Positions 8,242 through 18,403 are shown, counted from the stretch's first letter. The stretch: DNA of 64,000 nucleotides from Candidatus Magasanikbacteria bacterium RIFCSPHIGHO2_01_FULL_41_23 (GCA_001782805.1 MFPT01000019.1:1801-65800); one strand, 5' to 3'. A program made the numbers and translations. The notes: generated from the letters alone by a model not told the origin.

Positions 8242-11133
8242 ATGAATAAATATAATCCCCAAGAAATTGAATTAAAATGGCAAAAATTTTGGGAAGAAAA
8301 TAAAACGTTTGCGGTTACTGAAGATTCGACCAAAGAAAAATTTTACGGCCTGATTGAGTTTCCGTATCCGAGTGGCGCGGGTTTGCATGTGGGGCATCCG
8401 CGGTCGTACACGGCCATGGACGTGATTACGCGGCAAAAACGCATGGAAGGCAAAAATGTTTTGTTCCCGATTGGGTTTGATTCATTTGGTTTGCCGACGG
8501 AAAATTTTGCCATTAAAACCGGTCGGCCGCCTGCGGAAATTACGGCTGAAAATATTACCACGTTTACGCGTCAGCTCAAGTCGCTGGGTTTTGGATTTGA
8601 CTGGAATCGCGCGGTGACCACGAGCGAGCCGGAATATTACAAATGGACGCAGTGGATTTTTTTGCAATTGTATAAACATGGTTTGGCGTACAAAGCGAAC
8701 CAGCCAATCAATTGGTGTCCGAAAGATAAAATTGGTTTGGCGAATGAAGAAGTAGTGACCCATTCGACAAGCTCAGGGCAAGTCAGTTGTTGCGAACGGT
8801 GCGGCAGCACAGTAGAAAAACGGAACAAAGAACAATGGATGCTGGCGATTACCAAATACGCGGACAAATTGTTGGAAGGCCTGAATGAAGTGGATTATAT
8901 TTCGCGCGCCAAAGTGCAACAAGAAAATTGGATTGGAAAAAGTGAGGGCGCGGAAATTAATTTTGCCTTGAATGTTCCGAGACAAGATTTAGGGAAACAT
9001 AGTGTAACGGTTTTTACCACGCGACCCGATACTATTTTTGGCGCGTCGTTTTTGGCAATTTCAGCCGAGCTGGCGCAAAAATGGATAGATGTAGGCTGGC
9101 AGGCGAGTGAGGAGGTAAAAAAATACATTGTGGAAACTTTGCAGGGTCGGACGACCGCGGTGGCGCGCGAAGATATTGAGAAAACCGGTGTTGACTCGGG
9201 AATTATCGCAATCAATCCGGTCAATAATGAATCAATTCCTGTTTGGATTGTGAATTATGTGTTGGGTGATGTGGGCACTGGTGCAATTATGGCTGTGCCG
9301 GCGCACGATGAACGAGACTTTGAGTTTGCACAGAAATATAATTTGCCAACAAAAGAAGTGGTAATCAAACAATTAGGCGAGAGAGTGGATGGTAGTGAAG
9401 TTAGAAATACTGCGCGGGGGATTTGTGTTCGAGATGGGAAATTATTAATAACCCGCAATAAGAAAATGGGTGAATATCTTTTGGTAGGTGGAGGAATTGA
9501 TAATAAAGAAAGTCCAACCGGTGCATTATTGAGGGAAATAAAAGAAGAAACTGGTTATTGTAATATAAAAATTTCTTCATATCTTGGCACTGTTGAACAT
9601 AATTATTTTCATACCCAACATAAAAAAAATTTACATGCGTTGGTGGCGGGCTTCGTATTTGAATTAGAAAATGAAGAAACAGTACCCCGCGTTGAAAATG
9701 AAATTCAAAAAGCTAATATTCTGTGGTTGCCGGTTGCCGAAGCGATTGAAAAATTTGAAAATAGTCCGTCATTTTGTCGGGAAGTTGAATTTATTGAACG
9801 CTATTTGCAAAAAAAAGGCCTGCCGTTTACTGAAAATGGTGTGGCGTATAATTCTGATTTCTTAAATGAACTGCCGACTCCCGAAGCCAAAGAAAAAATG
9901 ATTCAATGGCTTGAAGAAAAAAGAGTCGGCAAACGTAAAAAAAATTACAAACTCCGCGACTGGGTTTTTTCGCGCCAGCGATATTGGGGCGAACCGATTC
10001 CATTGGTTTTTTGTGAGAATTGTAAAGGTTGGATCCCGCTTCCTGAAGATCAGCTTCCTTTAAAGCTACCACACGTTGAAAAATATTTGCCGACGGACAC
10101 GGGCGAATCACCGCTCGCGCCAATGACGGATTGGGTAAATACGACTTGTCCGCAGTGTGGCGGTCCAGCGCGGCGGGAAACTGATACAATGCCGAATTGG
10201 GCTGGATCAAGTTGGTATTGGTTACGCTATTGTGATCCGCATAATGTTGAGCAATTGGCGTCAAAAGAAAAGTTAAATTATTGGCAACCAGTGGATTGGT
10301 ACAACGGCGGCATGGAGCACACGGTTTTGCATTTGTTGTATTCGCGTTTTTGGAATCAATTTTTGTACGACATTGGCGTGGTGCCCACGCGCGAGCCGTA
10401 CAAAAAACGGACGAGTCACGGTATGATTTTGGCGAGTGATGGTCAAAAAATGAGTAAAAGTTTGGGCAATGTGGTGAATCCAGATGAAATGGTCGAGCAG
10501 TTCGGTGCCGACGCCCTGCGCGTATACATTTTATTTATGGGGCCGTTTGACCAGGCCGTGGCGTGGGATACAAATGGACTTGTTGGTGTGCGGAGATTTT
10601 TGGAAAGAGTGTGGAATTTGCAGGAAAAAATTTACGATAACATCCCAGCAATTGTCGGGCAAATAACAGATAACAAAATTCAGACTGTTTTGCATCAAAC
10701 CATTAAGAAGATTACTGAGGATATTGCCGCGATGCGATTCAATACTGCAATTGCGAAATTGATGGAGTTGAGTAATGAAATGGGTACGCGGGAAAAAATT
10801 GCGCGCGAAGATTATCATATATTTATAAAATTACTCGCTCCATTCGCGCCGCATATTACCGAGGAATTGTGGAATCTATTTGGCACCGGCGATTCAGTCG
10901 CATATGCGCCGTGGCCACAATATGATTCTGAATTAATCATAGAAGCCGAAATAATCATTGTAGTACAAGTCAACGGTAAAGTCCGCGATCAATTGACTGT
11001 CTCGCCGGAAATTAGTGAAGAAGAAATAAAACAAATGGCGTTGTCGTCCGAGAAAGTGATGAAGTGGTTAGAAGGGAAAGAGCCGAAGAAGGTGATTTAT
11101 GTTAAGGGAAAGTTGGTGAGTGTGGTGGTATAA
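8242..11133 (+). CDS. leuS: Leucine--tRNA ligase with inserted Nudix domain
   Basis: FPYPSGAGLHVGH, FTTRPDT, GTGAIMAVPAHDERD, KMSKS, VQVNGKVR; Nudix box GGIDNKESPTGALLREIKEETGY at 9490-9558. Confidence 0.97.
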   Translation: MNKYNPQEIELKWQKFWEENKTFAVTEDSTKEKFYGLIEFPYPSGAGLHVGHPRSYTAMDVITRQKRMEGKNVLFPIGFDSFGLPTENFAIKTGRPPAEITAENITTFTRQLKSLGFGFDWNRAVTTSEPEYYKWTQWIFLQLYKHGLAYKANQPINWCPKDKIGLANEEVVTHSTSSGQVSCCERCGSTVEKRNKEQWMLAITKYADKLLEGLNEVDYISRAKVQQENWIGKSEGAEINFALNVPRQDLGKHSVTVFTTRPDTIFGASFLAISAELAQKWIDVGWQASEEVKKYIVETLQGRTTAVAREDIEKTGVDSGIIAINPVNNESIPVWIVNYVLGDVGTGAIMAVPAHDERDFEFAQKYNLPTKEVVIKQLGERVDGSEVRNTARGICVRDGKLLITRNKKMGEYLLVGGGIDNKESPTGALLREIKEETGYCNIKISSYLGTVEHNYFHTQHKKNLHALVAGFVFELENEETVPRVENEIQKANILWLPVAEAIEKFENSPSFCREVEFIERYLQKKGLPFTENGVAYNSDFLNELPTPEAKEKMIQWLEEKRVGKRKKNYKLRDWVFSRQRYWGEPIPLVFCENCKGWIPLPEDQLPLKLPHVEKYLPTDTGESPLAPMTDWVNTTCPQCGGPARRETDTMPNWAGSSWYWLRYCDPHNVEQLASKEKLNYWQPVDWYNGGMEHTVLHLLYSRFWNQFLYDIGVVPTREPYKKRTSHGMILASDGQKMSKSLGNVVNPDEMVEQFGADALRVYILFMGPFDQAVAWDTNGLVGVRRFLERVWNLQEKIYDNIPAIVGQITDNKIQTVLHQTIKKITEDIAAMRFNTAIAKLMELSNEMGTREKIAREDYHIFIKLLAPFAPHITEELWNLFGTGDSVAYAPWPQYDSELIIEAEIIIVVQVNGKVRDQLTVSPEISEEEIKQMALSSEKVMKWLEGKEPKKVIYVKGKLVSVVV
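8758..8782. repeat. 24-nt hairpin element in frame in leuS (THSTSSGQ)
   Basis: ACCCATTCGACAAGCTCAGGGCAAG between EEVV and CCERC of the zinc knuckle. Confidence 0.85.
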
Positions 11134-11287
11134 AAAGTTATTTATTTTATTAAGAAGTATTTAAAAAATTAGTTGGAGAGGGTACTATTTTGGATTTTAG
11201 AGATTAACTTCTGTCGTGTTTGTTATTGGTTTTTTATTATCCACACTCTCACTTTGGTTCGTGAAGAAAAAATGAATAAAAAAGCGA

Positions 11288-11316
11288 TTGACGTCGGAAT
11301 AGTTTTGCGCTAAAAT
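11288..11316 (+). promoter_or_regulatory. sigma70-type promoter
   Basis: TTGACG-17 bp-TAAAAT. Confidence 0.6.
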
Positions 11317-11389
11317 AAAAATAGCTAAAGATTCTACTGACTAGAAAAGATGAAATGGAGTTCATTATTATTTTTTTGTTATTTGTTAT

Positions 11390-11890
11390 ATGTTTCAAGA
11401 AATAGAAAGATTTATAAATATAGTTGGCATACCATCATTATTGCTGGGTTTTTTGTACATCGGCAAGAGATTACAATTGTTGGATGATATTAATAACACT
11501 GTCAAAAGCCTAAAGCATAATATAAAGGTCATTTGCGACCATTTGATTAGCAAGTTTGATGGTTTTGATCATACGTTGCTCGTTAACTACAGCCCACTTA
11601 AGCTTAAGCCAGAGGCGGTCAAACTTTTGGAAATTATTGGGTTTATTGAAATGTTTAAACAACATAAACAAGACTTTTTTGATTTAATAAATAACGAGCA
11701 ACCAAAAACCAAGTTTGACGTTGAATTGCAGAGTATTAAAGCAGTCCTAATATTATTTGAGAAGGATTATTTTACTGAGGTTAAAAATTACTTGTACAAC
11801 AATCCTAATGTTGAGTACAAAAAATTTGCGCAAGTCTTGGGTATTTATGTGCGGGACAAGTATTTTAATGAACATAAGATGATTTTATGA
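11390..11890 (+). CDS. Hypothetical protein with N-terminal membrane anchor
   Basis: 166-aa ORF, hydrophobic N-terminus then coiled coil; AT-rich codon usage; own promoter. Confidence 0.75.
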   Translation: MFQEIERFINIVGIPSLLLGFLYIGKRLQLLDDINNTVKSLKHNIKVICDHLISKFDGFDHTLLVNYSPLKLKPEAVKLLEIIGFIEMFKQHKQDFFDLINNEQPKTKFDVELQSIKAVLILFEKDYFTEVKNYLYNNPNVEYKKFAQVLGIYVRDKYFNEHKMIL

Positions 11891-11973
11891 ATACACCCAA
11901 CCAAGACTACGAAAAATTAAGAGAACTTGAAGAATCTTTGTGGCGTGCTGAAACCAGATTTGATTTTAATTAA
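11887..11973 (+). pseudogene. Truncated gene fragment resembling the N-terminus of DUF4440/NTF2-like proteins
   Basis: MNTPNQDYEKLRELEESLWRAETRFDFN*, ATGA-coupled to the upstream stop; family assignment is from memory of the LEESLWRAETRFD motif. Confidence 0.45.
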
Positions 11974-12063
11974 AATTGAATAATCCTAAAGTATAATTAT
12001 CGCATTAACATTCTTCTTCGCCACTAAAGGAGGCAAAGAATTACATTTTTGTTTTTTTATTTT

Positions 12064-12429
12064 ATGAATTTTAATCTTTTAACCCCCGAAGAAGAAGCGG
12101 TAATTATCCACAAAGGCACCGAAGTGCCCGGCACCGGCGAATACGATGATTTTTTTGTGGAAGGGACATACACCTGCCGTCGCTGTACTGCGCCGCTTTA
12201 TGAATCTACGGCCAAATTTCATTCCGGTTGTGGCTGGCCAAGTTTTGATCAGGAAATTTCCGGCGCGGTAAAACATATTCCGGATCCCGATGGCCGGCGT
12301 ACGGAAATCGTTTGTAATAATTGCGACGGACATTTGGGTCATATTTTTCTCGGCGAGCGATTTACGCTAAAAAATACGCGACACTGTGTTAATTCCGTCT
12401 CACTTAAATTTATTCCGAAATCAATCTAG
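12064..12429 (+). CDS. msrB: Peptide-methionine (R)-S-oxide reductase
   Basis: [39 protein letters not shown]; start at ATG 12064. Confidence 0.95.
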   Translation: MNFNLLTPEEEAVIIHKGTEVPGTGEYDDFFVEGTYTCRRCTAPLYESTAKFHSGCGWPSFDQEISGAVKHIPDPDGRRTEIVCNNCDGHLGHIFLGERFTLKNTRHCVNSVSLKFIPKSI

Positions 12430-12467
12430 TATTATTTAAGTAATACTATATTTTCAATTATTTTTTT

Positions 12468-13013
12468 ATGTCAAACTCAACAGAAACAATAGTTTTTGGC
12501 GGTGGATGTTTTTGGTGCATTGAAGCGGTTTTTCAAATGCTTCGCGGTGTTGAATCTGTTACTTCAGGTTATGCCGGTGGTGAAAAATCCGACCCAAATT
12601 ATTATCAAGTTGTAAACGGCAACAGTGGTCATGCCGAAGTCGTGCAAATTGAATATGATCCGGTCGCTGTTAGTCTGGAAAATTTGTACGCGGTATTTTT
12701 TACCACGCACGATCCAACCACGCGCAATCGCCAAGGGGCAGATGTGGGCACGCAATATCGTTCAGTAATTTATTATACCACTCCGGAACAAAAAATCGCG
12801 GCGGAAAATTATATAGAAAAATTAACTGATGCCAAAGTTTTTGTAAATCCGATTGTGACTGAACTTGAAGCATTGCAGAAATTTTATCCGGCAGAGACTT
12901 ATCACCAGAATTATTATCAAAATAATCAAGACAGTAATCCATACTGTCAAGTTGTCATTGATCCAAAGATTGCCAAAATTCGTCAACAATACGCGCATTT
13001 GCTGAAAAAGTAA
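12468..13013 (+). CDS. msrA: Peptide-methionine (S)-S-oxide reductase
   Basis: GGGCFWC, GYAGG, HDPTTRNRQGADVGTQYRS, AETYHQNY. Confidence 0.97.
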   Translation: MSNSTETIVFGGGCFWCIEAVFQMLRGVESVTSGYAGGEKSDPNYYQVVNGNSGHAEVVQIEYDPVAVSLENLYAVFFTTHDPTTRNRQGADVGTQYRSVIYYTTPEQKIAAENYIEKLTDAKVFVNPIVTELEALQKFYPAETYHQNYYQNNQDSNPYCQVVIDPKIAKIRQQYAHLLKK

Positions 13014-13053
13014 AAATAGTTAGTTGTTGTAATAAATTGGGCACAAACAATAT

Positions 13054-14517
13054 ATGAAGGAGGGAATCAAAAAAATTTTTGCGTCCAAGAGCAAAACATT
13101 TGCCATAATTTGCTTTTGTTTTTTGCTTGGCGTGGCAGTAGCATCATTCGCTGATATTCGGCTGAATCAATTGTACTGTTATGTTATTTTTTTAACGCCT
13201 CTATTTTTGTGGTTTGTACTACAGCTTTTTGATAAAAAATTTTCTCGAGAATTTTTGTTATACGGCGGTATCGTTTATGTGTTTATATTTGGCTTGGCTC
13301 GTTACGCTTTTGTTTTTCCGCCCAATGCAAAAGAATTTATACATTTTTATGCCGGGCAAAAAGTAGAGTTAGTTGGTTATATTGCCACTGAACCGGATGA
13401 ACGCATTGACAGTGTGCGTTACATCGTGGAAACGGAAACCATCCTGAACGAAGTCGAAGGGGATAAAAATATAATGCCGCGTGGTCGCGTGTATTTAAAG
13501 TACGATCGCTATCCGCGCTTCAATTACGGTGATCGTCTGCGCGTGAATTGCAATCTTAAAATTCCCACGCCAATTGTTGACGCCACTGAGTCCAGTAAAG
13601 TTTTTCATTATGATAAATATCTGGCATTGTCCAATGTTTTCTCTTTGTGTGAATATCCGCGTATTGGGCGCATTACCGGCTCGGCCGGGGATCCAATATA
13701 TGCATTATTGCTGCAATTCAAACAAAAAATCGCCAGCCAAATCGGACTTCTCTGGCCAGAACCATATGCCAGTTTTATGGCCGGACTGCTGTATGGATAT
13801 CGTGGTGGTTTAGGATCATTGAATGAAGCCTTTAATCGAACCGGAGTGACTCATATTGTCGCGGTATCCGGATTTAACATTTCCATAATTGCTTCAATTT
13901 TAATTAATCTCTGTACGGTTTTGACTGTGCCGCGACAAAAAACATTTTGGCTAGTCGCTATGGGTATTGTGGCATTTGTGATATTTACCGGCGCATCAGC
14001 CTCGGTTGTTCGTGCCGGAGTCATGGGAATTATTACTCTTCTGGCCGCTTATGTTGGTCGACCCAAACAGATTGCCAATGTTTTACTTTTGGCCGCAGTT
14101 ATAATGATTGCGCATAATCCACTCGTCCTTTGGTTTGACGCGGGATTTCAATTATCATTTTTGTCCACATTGGGATTGGTTTATGTTGCGCCCAAAATTA
14201 AACCATTTTTGCAGGCTATTCCCGAATCGGTTGGCCTGCGCGAAAATTTAGGGTCAACATTATCCGCGATTATTGCCACTACTCCGCTTGTGATTGGACA
14301 ATTTGGCCGTTTTTCATTAGTCGCGCCACTGGTAAATATATTGGTGCTATGGATAATTCCGTATCTAATGATTTTTGGCGCGACTTCAGTCGTGATTAAT
14401 TTTACCTTTCCTTTTTTAAGTTTTTTGGTAGTTTGGCCGACAATGTTTGGAATGCGCTACGTCATATTCGTCGTCACTTGGTTTAGCCAGCTCTCCTGGG
14501 CATCAGTATCATGGTAA
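13054..14517 (+). CDS. comEC: ComEC/Rec2 competence protein, membrane channel part
   Basis: TGVTHIVAVSGFN, GASASVVRA, GFQLSFLST, DUF4131-like OB region. Confidence 0.92.
   Translation: MKEGIKKIFASKSKTFAIICFCFLLGVAVASFADIRLNQLYCYVIFLTPLFLWFVLQLFDKKFSREFLLYGGIVYVFIFGLARYAFVFPPNAKEFIHFYAGQKVELVGYIATEPDERIDSVRYIVETETILNEVEGDKNIMPRGRVYLKYDRYPRFNYGDRLRVNCNLKIPTPIVDATESSKVFHYDKYLALSNVFSLCEYPRIGRITGSAGDPIYALLLQFKQKIASQIGLLWPEPYASFMAGLLYGYRGGLGSLNEAFNRTGVTHIVAVSGFNISIIASILINLCTVLTVPRQKTFWLVAMGIVAFVIFTGASASVVRAGVMGIITLLAAYVGRPKQIANVLLLAAVIMIAHNPLVLWFDAGFQLSFLSTLGLVYVAPKIKPFLQAIPESVGLRENLGSTLSAIIATTPLVIGQFGRFSLVAPLVNILVLWIIPYLMIFGATSVVINFTFPFLSFLVVWPTMFGMRYVIFVVTWFSQLSWASVSW
13441..13464. repeat. 24-nt hairpin element in frame in comEC (ILNEVEG)
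   Basis: ATCCT-GA-A-CGAAGT-C-GA-AGGG. Confidence 0.65.
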
Positions 14518-14522
14518 ATTGT

Positions 14523-15428
14523 ATGAAAAAAATTGTATTTATTGTAATTTTAGGGATCGTGGTTTTAATTTCAAGTTATTTCGCTTGGCTTTATTTTTCC
14601 AATCCAAGCACAAGCCCGTTGAATCCCACGTTAAAAGTTAATTTTTTGGATGTGGGACAGGGTGATGCCACACTGATTATTTTTCCCGATGGCCAAGAAA
14701 TGCTTGTGGACTGTGGTCGCGACGCAATTATTTTGGCTGCGCTCGCGCGCGTTCGCCATTGGCAGGATCGAACATTGGATTATTTGGTAGTCACGCATCC
14801 GGATGCGGATCATTATGGCGGATGTATTGATGTGTTAAAACAATATACGGTAAAACATATTTATTTTAATGGTTTTGCCAAAGAAAATAGCCAACTTTTG
14901 CAAACATTTCACCAAACTGTTCTCGATGAAGAGAATATTGGTGCGGATTTTATTATTGTTTCCAGCTCCAAAGAATTATTTATTGCCAGCACGAGTATAC
15001 GATTTTTATATCCTGATCATTCCATTGTTCAAAATCCACGTGTGCCGGGAGAATCAAGTATTGAAAGCAATAATACCTCGATCGTCATGAAAATTTCTTA
15101 TGGCAAACTCAGTGTTCTTCTGACCGGTGACATGGAAATGCCGTTGGAAAATTATTTGATTAAAAAATATGGATCAATTTTAAATGTTGAAGTTTTAAAA
15201 ATCGGACATCATGGCAGTAAATCATCGTCCGGTGAAGAATTTTTAGGCCGCGTTATGCCCCAATACTGCGTTATTTCATCCGGCCAAAATAATTCTTATG
15301 GTCATCCGGCATTACGAGTTCTCAAACGTTTGGCACGAAGTGGATGCCAAATTTTGCGAACCGATTCATTAGGTGATATACTGGCTATAATTACATTGGA
15401 AAAAATCACCATCCATGCGCAAAAATAA
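14523..15428 (+). CDS. ComEC-like metallo-beta-lactamase fold nuclease (split from comEC)
   Basis: FLDVGQGDA, THPDADHYGG, NNTSIV, LTGD, KIGHHGSKSSS, NSYGHP. Confidence 0.92.
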   Translation: MKKIVFIVILGIVVLISSYFAWLYFSNPSTSPLNPTLKVNFLDVGQGDATLIIFPDGQEMLVDCGRDAIILAALARVRHWQDRTLDYLVVTHPDADHYGGCIDVLKQYTVKHIYFNGFAKENSQLLQTFHQTVLDEENIGADFIIVSSSKELFIASTSIRFLYPDHSIVQNPRVPGESSIESNNTSIVMKISYGKLSVLLTGDMEMPLENYLIKKYGSILNVEVLKIGHHGSKSSSGEEFLGRVMPQYCVISSGQNNSYGHPALRVLKRLARSGCQILRTDSLGDILAIITLEKITIHAQK

Positions 15429-16854
15429 TCTACTGTGGATTTTAGTCATTGGATTTATTTTTATCCCCCTCAACTTCGTTCAGGGCGCTTTTACTTTTGT
15501 GGTAAATCAAGGAATCCGTTTGTCCAATCCCAAAGCAGTTGAAGGGGAAACAGTCAAAATCTATACCGTCGTTGCCAATAATGATTTTACTACTCTTTCC
15601 GGTGAAATCACTTTTTATAACAATAATGTGGCCATTGCCAAAGTGCCTTTGGCAAAATTAGCGTTTGAAGATGCTCGACAAATCGCGGCGGAATTTGTTT
15701 TGCCGGCCGGTGAATTAGCCTTGACCGCTGAATTGACCAGTGTTACAGCAGTTAAGAAAAACGGTGAAACAGTTACGATTCCGGACAATGAAGTTAAAAG
15801 CGGATCTGCGCCAACGGTATTTACCATTGATGGTGATAATGATCGTGACCATTTTGGGGATAGTGTTGATCCTGACGATGATAATGATGGTGTTCCTGAT
15901 ACCAAAGAGTTGGAGGCGGGAACTGATCCTAAAAAAAGTGATACTGATGCCGATGGTTTGACTGATAAAATTGAATTGGAAAAAAAGACCGATCCATTGA
16001 AAGCCGATTCGGATAATGATGGCGTGTCAGATTCCGCTGATATTTTTCCAATGAATAAATCTGAAGTCAAAGACAGTGATGGCGATAGTGTTGGCGATAA
16101 TGCTGATACTGACGATGACAACGATGATCTTTTGGACGCTGATGAAATTGCTTTTGGCAGTGATCCTTTTAAAAAAGATACAGACGGTGATGGCGTCAAT
16201 GATTTTGAAGAAAAACGTTTAGGCGGAAATCCCAAATTGGCTGACTCTGACCATGATGGTTTGACTGATGCCGAAGAAGTTAAACGTGGCACTAATTTGG
16301 CCAGTGTTGATACTGATGCTGATGGTTTGTCGGATAAAACGGAAATTGAAGGAAAAACCGATCCCAAAAATCCGGATTCTGACAGTGATGGACTCAGTGA
16401 CAGTGACGAAATTAAAGTCGGAACTGATCCATTAAAAAAAGATACGGACAATGATGGTATTGGAGACAAAGAAGATGTCTTTCCGCTTGATCCGAAAGAA
16501 AATATTGATACCGATGATGATACTATGGGAAATAATACTGATACTGACGATGATAATGATAAAATTATTGACAGTGACGAAATTAAAGTCGGAACTGATC
16601 CATTAAAAAAAGATACGGACAATGATGGCTTAACCGACTATGAAGAAAAAGTCAAAGGAACTGATGCTAAAACCGCTGATACTGATCAGGATGGAAAAAA
16701 TGATTCTGAAGATCGGACGCCATTATCCGCGAGTCGTTTTTCCAATGTACCGACGAATGCGTTATTATATGGCGCGCTCGCGATTTCCGGTTTATGTTTT
16801 GTGGCGGCGAGCGCCGCCTATTGGCGTCGTCGAAAATTAAGCGCCAGAAATTAA
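15415..16854 (+). CDS. Surface protein with signal peptide, Ig-like domain, thrombospondin type 3-like Ca-binding repeats and C-terminal TM anchor
   Basis: Many DxDxDGxxDxxE...GTDP repeats; C-terminal hydrophobic helix followed by WRRRK. Confidence 0.85.
   Translation: MRKNNLLWILVIGFIFIPLNFVQGAFTFVVNQGIRLSNPKAVEGETVKIYTVVANNDFTTLSGEITFYNNNVAIAKVPLAKLAFEDARQIAAEFVLPAGELALTAELTSVTAVKKNGETVTIPDNEVKSGSAPTVFTIDGDNDRDHFGDSVDPDDDNDGVPDTKELEAGTDPKKSDTDADGLTDKIELEKKTDPLKADSDNDGVSDSADIFPMNKSEVKDSDGDSVGDNADTDDDNDDLLDADEIAFGSDPFKKDTDGDGVNDFEEKRLGGNPKLADSDHDGLTDAEEVKRGTNLASVDTDADGLSDKTEIEGKTDPKNPDSDSDGLSDSDEIKVGTDPLKKDTDNDGIGDKEDVFPLDPKENIDTDDDTMGNNTDTDDDNDKIIDSDEIKVGTDPLKKDTDNDGLTDYEEKVKGTDAKTADTDQDGKNDSEDRTPLSASRFSNVPTNALLYGALAISGLCFVAASAAYWRRRKLSARN
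16398..16628 (+). repeat. Exact 60-bp direct repeat within the TSP3-repeat gene (16398-16457 and 16569-16628)
   Basis: Identical TGACAGTGACGAAATTAAAGTCGGAACTGATCCATTAAAAAAAGATACGGACAATGATGG, 171 bp apart. Confidence 0.9.
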
Positions 16855-16858
16855 TTAT

Positions 16859-17971
16859 ATGTCATTGTTTGGCAACAAAATTGAATCATATTTGGGCGTT
16901 GATATTGGCGCTGATGGTGTTAAGTTGGTGGAATTGCGTCAAACTAAAGGCCGACCACAATTATGGACATATGGTATAGTCGAAGAACATATTTCCATTC
17001 ATCCGGAGAACGGTGAACGGTCTCTGGCTGAACTTGGATCTAAAAAATCAGTAGTTATACCGCCGGTCAATTCTGAATTTTCATTGGAGCGAGCCGATCA
17101 TATTGCTGTCTTGCTTTCTGGACTCATAAAACAAGCGCGCGTATCCGGTCGTCGCGCCGCGTCAAGTTTGCCTGTATCACATATCTTTCATACCATTATA
17201 AATTTGCCCAAAGTTCCGGAAAAAGAAATTGATGGCATGGTTCAGGCGGAAATAGCCAAGGTTTTGCCACTTCCGAACGATCAAATGCAAATTGTCTATC
17301 AAACGGTGCCACTTTCCGAAACATTGGAGAAAAATTATATTCGTCTTTTGGTTACGGCCGCGCCCAAAAATATGATTGAGTTCTATACGCGGATTTTTCA
17401 AAAAGCCGGTTTGCAATTGTATGAATTGGAAACCGAAGCTTTTGCTTTGTCTCGCGCACTCGTTGGTCGCGATGATTCCTTGACCATGATCGTGGATATT
17501 GGCGCGGAGCGAACTAATTTTTCTTTGATTGACAAAGGATTGCCTATGACGCAACGAAGTTTGAATTTGGGTGGAGCGATTCTTGATACTATTATTGCCG
17601 ATCGATTGGGAATAACTCCGGGAGAAGCGCAATCAATTAAAAGAGATATTTCTTCAAATTCGAAAACCGTTATTTCCACTGAGCCGTTTATTCGTTTTTT
17701 GGAACCACTCGCGAAAGAAATTCAGTATCATTTTGATTTGTATTTAAGTCAAACCGGCAATGAAGGTCGTAAGCCGGAAAAAATTGTCTTGACGGGCGGC
17801 GCGGCTTTTTTCCCACCAATTTTAGAATATCTCAAGAGCCAATTTCCAATGCGAGTGTTTATCGGCGATCCATGGGCTCGTGTTTTGTATCAGGACGGAT
17901 TAAAACCGATTTTGAATGAAATCGCTCCACGCATGGCCGTAGCGCTTGGTTTGGCATTGCGTCATTTTTAG
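16859..17971 (+). CDS. pilM: Type IV pilus assembly protein PilM
   Basis: LGVDIGADGVKLVEL, IVDIGAERT, IVLTGGAA, AVALGLALR. Confidence 0.9.
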   Translation: MSLFGNKIESYLGVDIGADGVKLVELRQTKGRPQLWTYGIVEEHISIHPENGERSLAELGSKKSVVIPPVNSEFSLERADHIAVLLSGLIKQARVSGRRAASSLPVSHIFHTIINLPKVPEKEIDGMVQAEIAKVLPLPNDQMQIVYQTVPLSETLEKNYIRLLVTAAPKNMIEFYTRIFQKAGLQLYELETEAFALSRALVGRDDSLTMIVDIGAERTNFSLIDKGLPMTQRSLNLGGAILDTIIADRLGITPGEAQSIKRDISSNSKTVISTEPFIRFLEPLAKEIQYHFDLYLSQTGNEGRKPEKIVLTGGAAFFPPILEYLKSQFPMRVFIGDPWARVLYQDGLKPILNEIAPRMAVALGLALRHF

Positions 17972-17989
17972 CTTTTTACTATACTAGGT

Positions 17990-18370
17990 ATGGCAAAAGA
18001 TTGGCATATACTGTTGATTGAGAGCGATTCTTTTTTGCTTTCAATGTATAAAGCCAAATTTGAACAAGCAGGCTGGCGTGTTAGCGTGGCTGATAATGGC
18101 TTGGATGGATTGGTTGAAGCTAAACGGAAAAAACCGGATATTATTATGCTGGAAGTTCTTTTGGAACAGACCGATGGTTTTACTGTTTTGGCGGAATTAA
18201 AAAAAGATCGGCAAACTACCAACATACCGGTTGTTTTCCTTACTAGTTTGGGACAAAAACAAGATGTGGAAAAAGGATTGGCTCTTGGTGCGATTGAATA
18301 TTTAATTAAAGCGTATTGCCAGCCTTCTGAGACTATTGTTATTTTAAATCGAATTTTGGAGTCACATTAA
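17990..18370 (+). CDS. Stand-alone receiver domain protein, atypical (Glu at the phospho-acceptor position)
   Basis: CheY fold: ILLIESD, PDIIMLEVLL, DGFTVL, IPVVFLT, GAIEYLIK. Confidence 0.85.
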   Translation: MAKDWHILLIESDSFLLSMYKAKFEQAGWRVSVADNGLDGLVEAKRKKPDIIMLEVLLEQTDGFTVLAELKKDRQTTNIPVVFLTSLGQKQDVEKGLALGAIEYLIKAYCQPSETIVILNRILESH

Positions 18371-18403
18371 TTTTTTGTTTTCGGATATTTATTATTTTTT
18401 TAT

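Noticed and set aside
10642-10660. ATCCCAGCAATTGTCGGG in leuS, similar to the ATCCCGACTTGTCGGGAT palindrome
   Set aside because: Could be a decayed insert in a variable loop but too degenerate to support without orthologue alignment
15615-16622. 335-aa Ser-rich minus-strand ORF
   Set aside because: Antisense shadow of the Asp-rich TSP3-repeat gene; its composition is explained by GAT/GAC codons on the + strand
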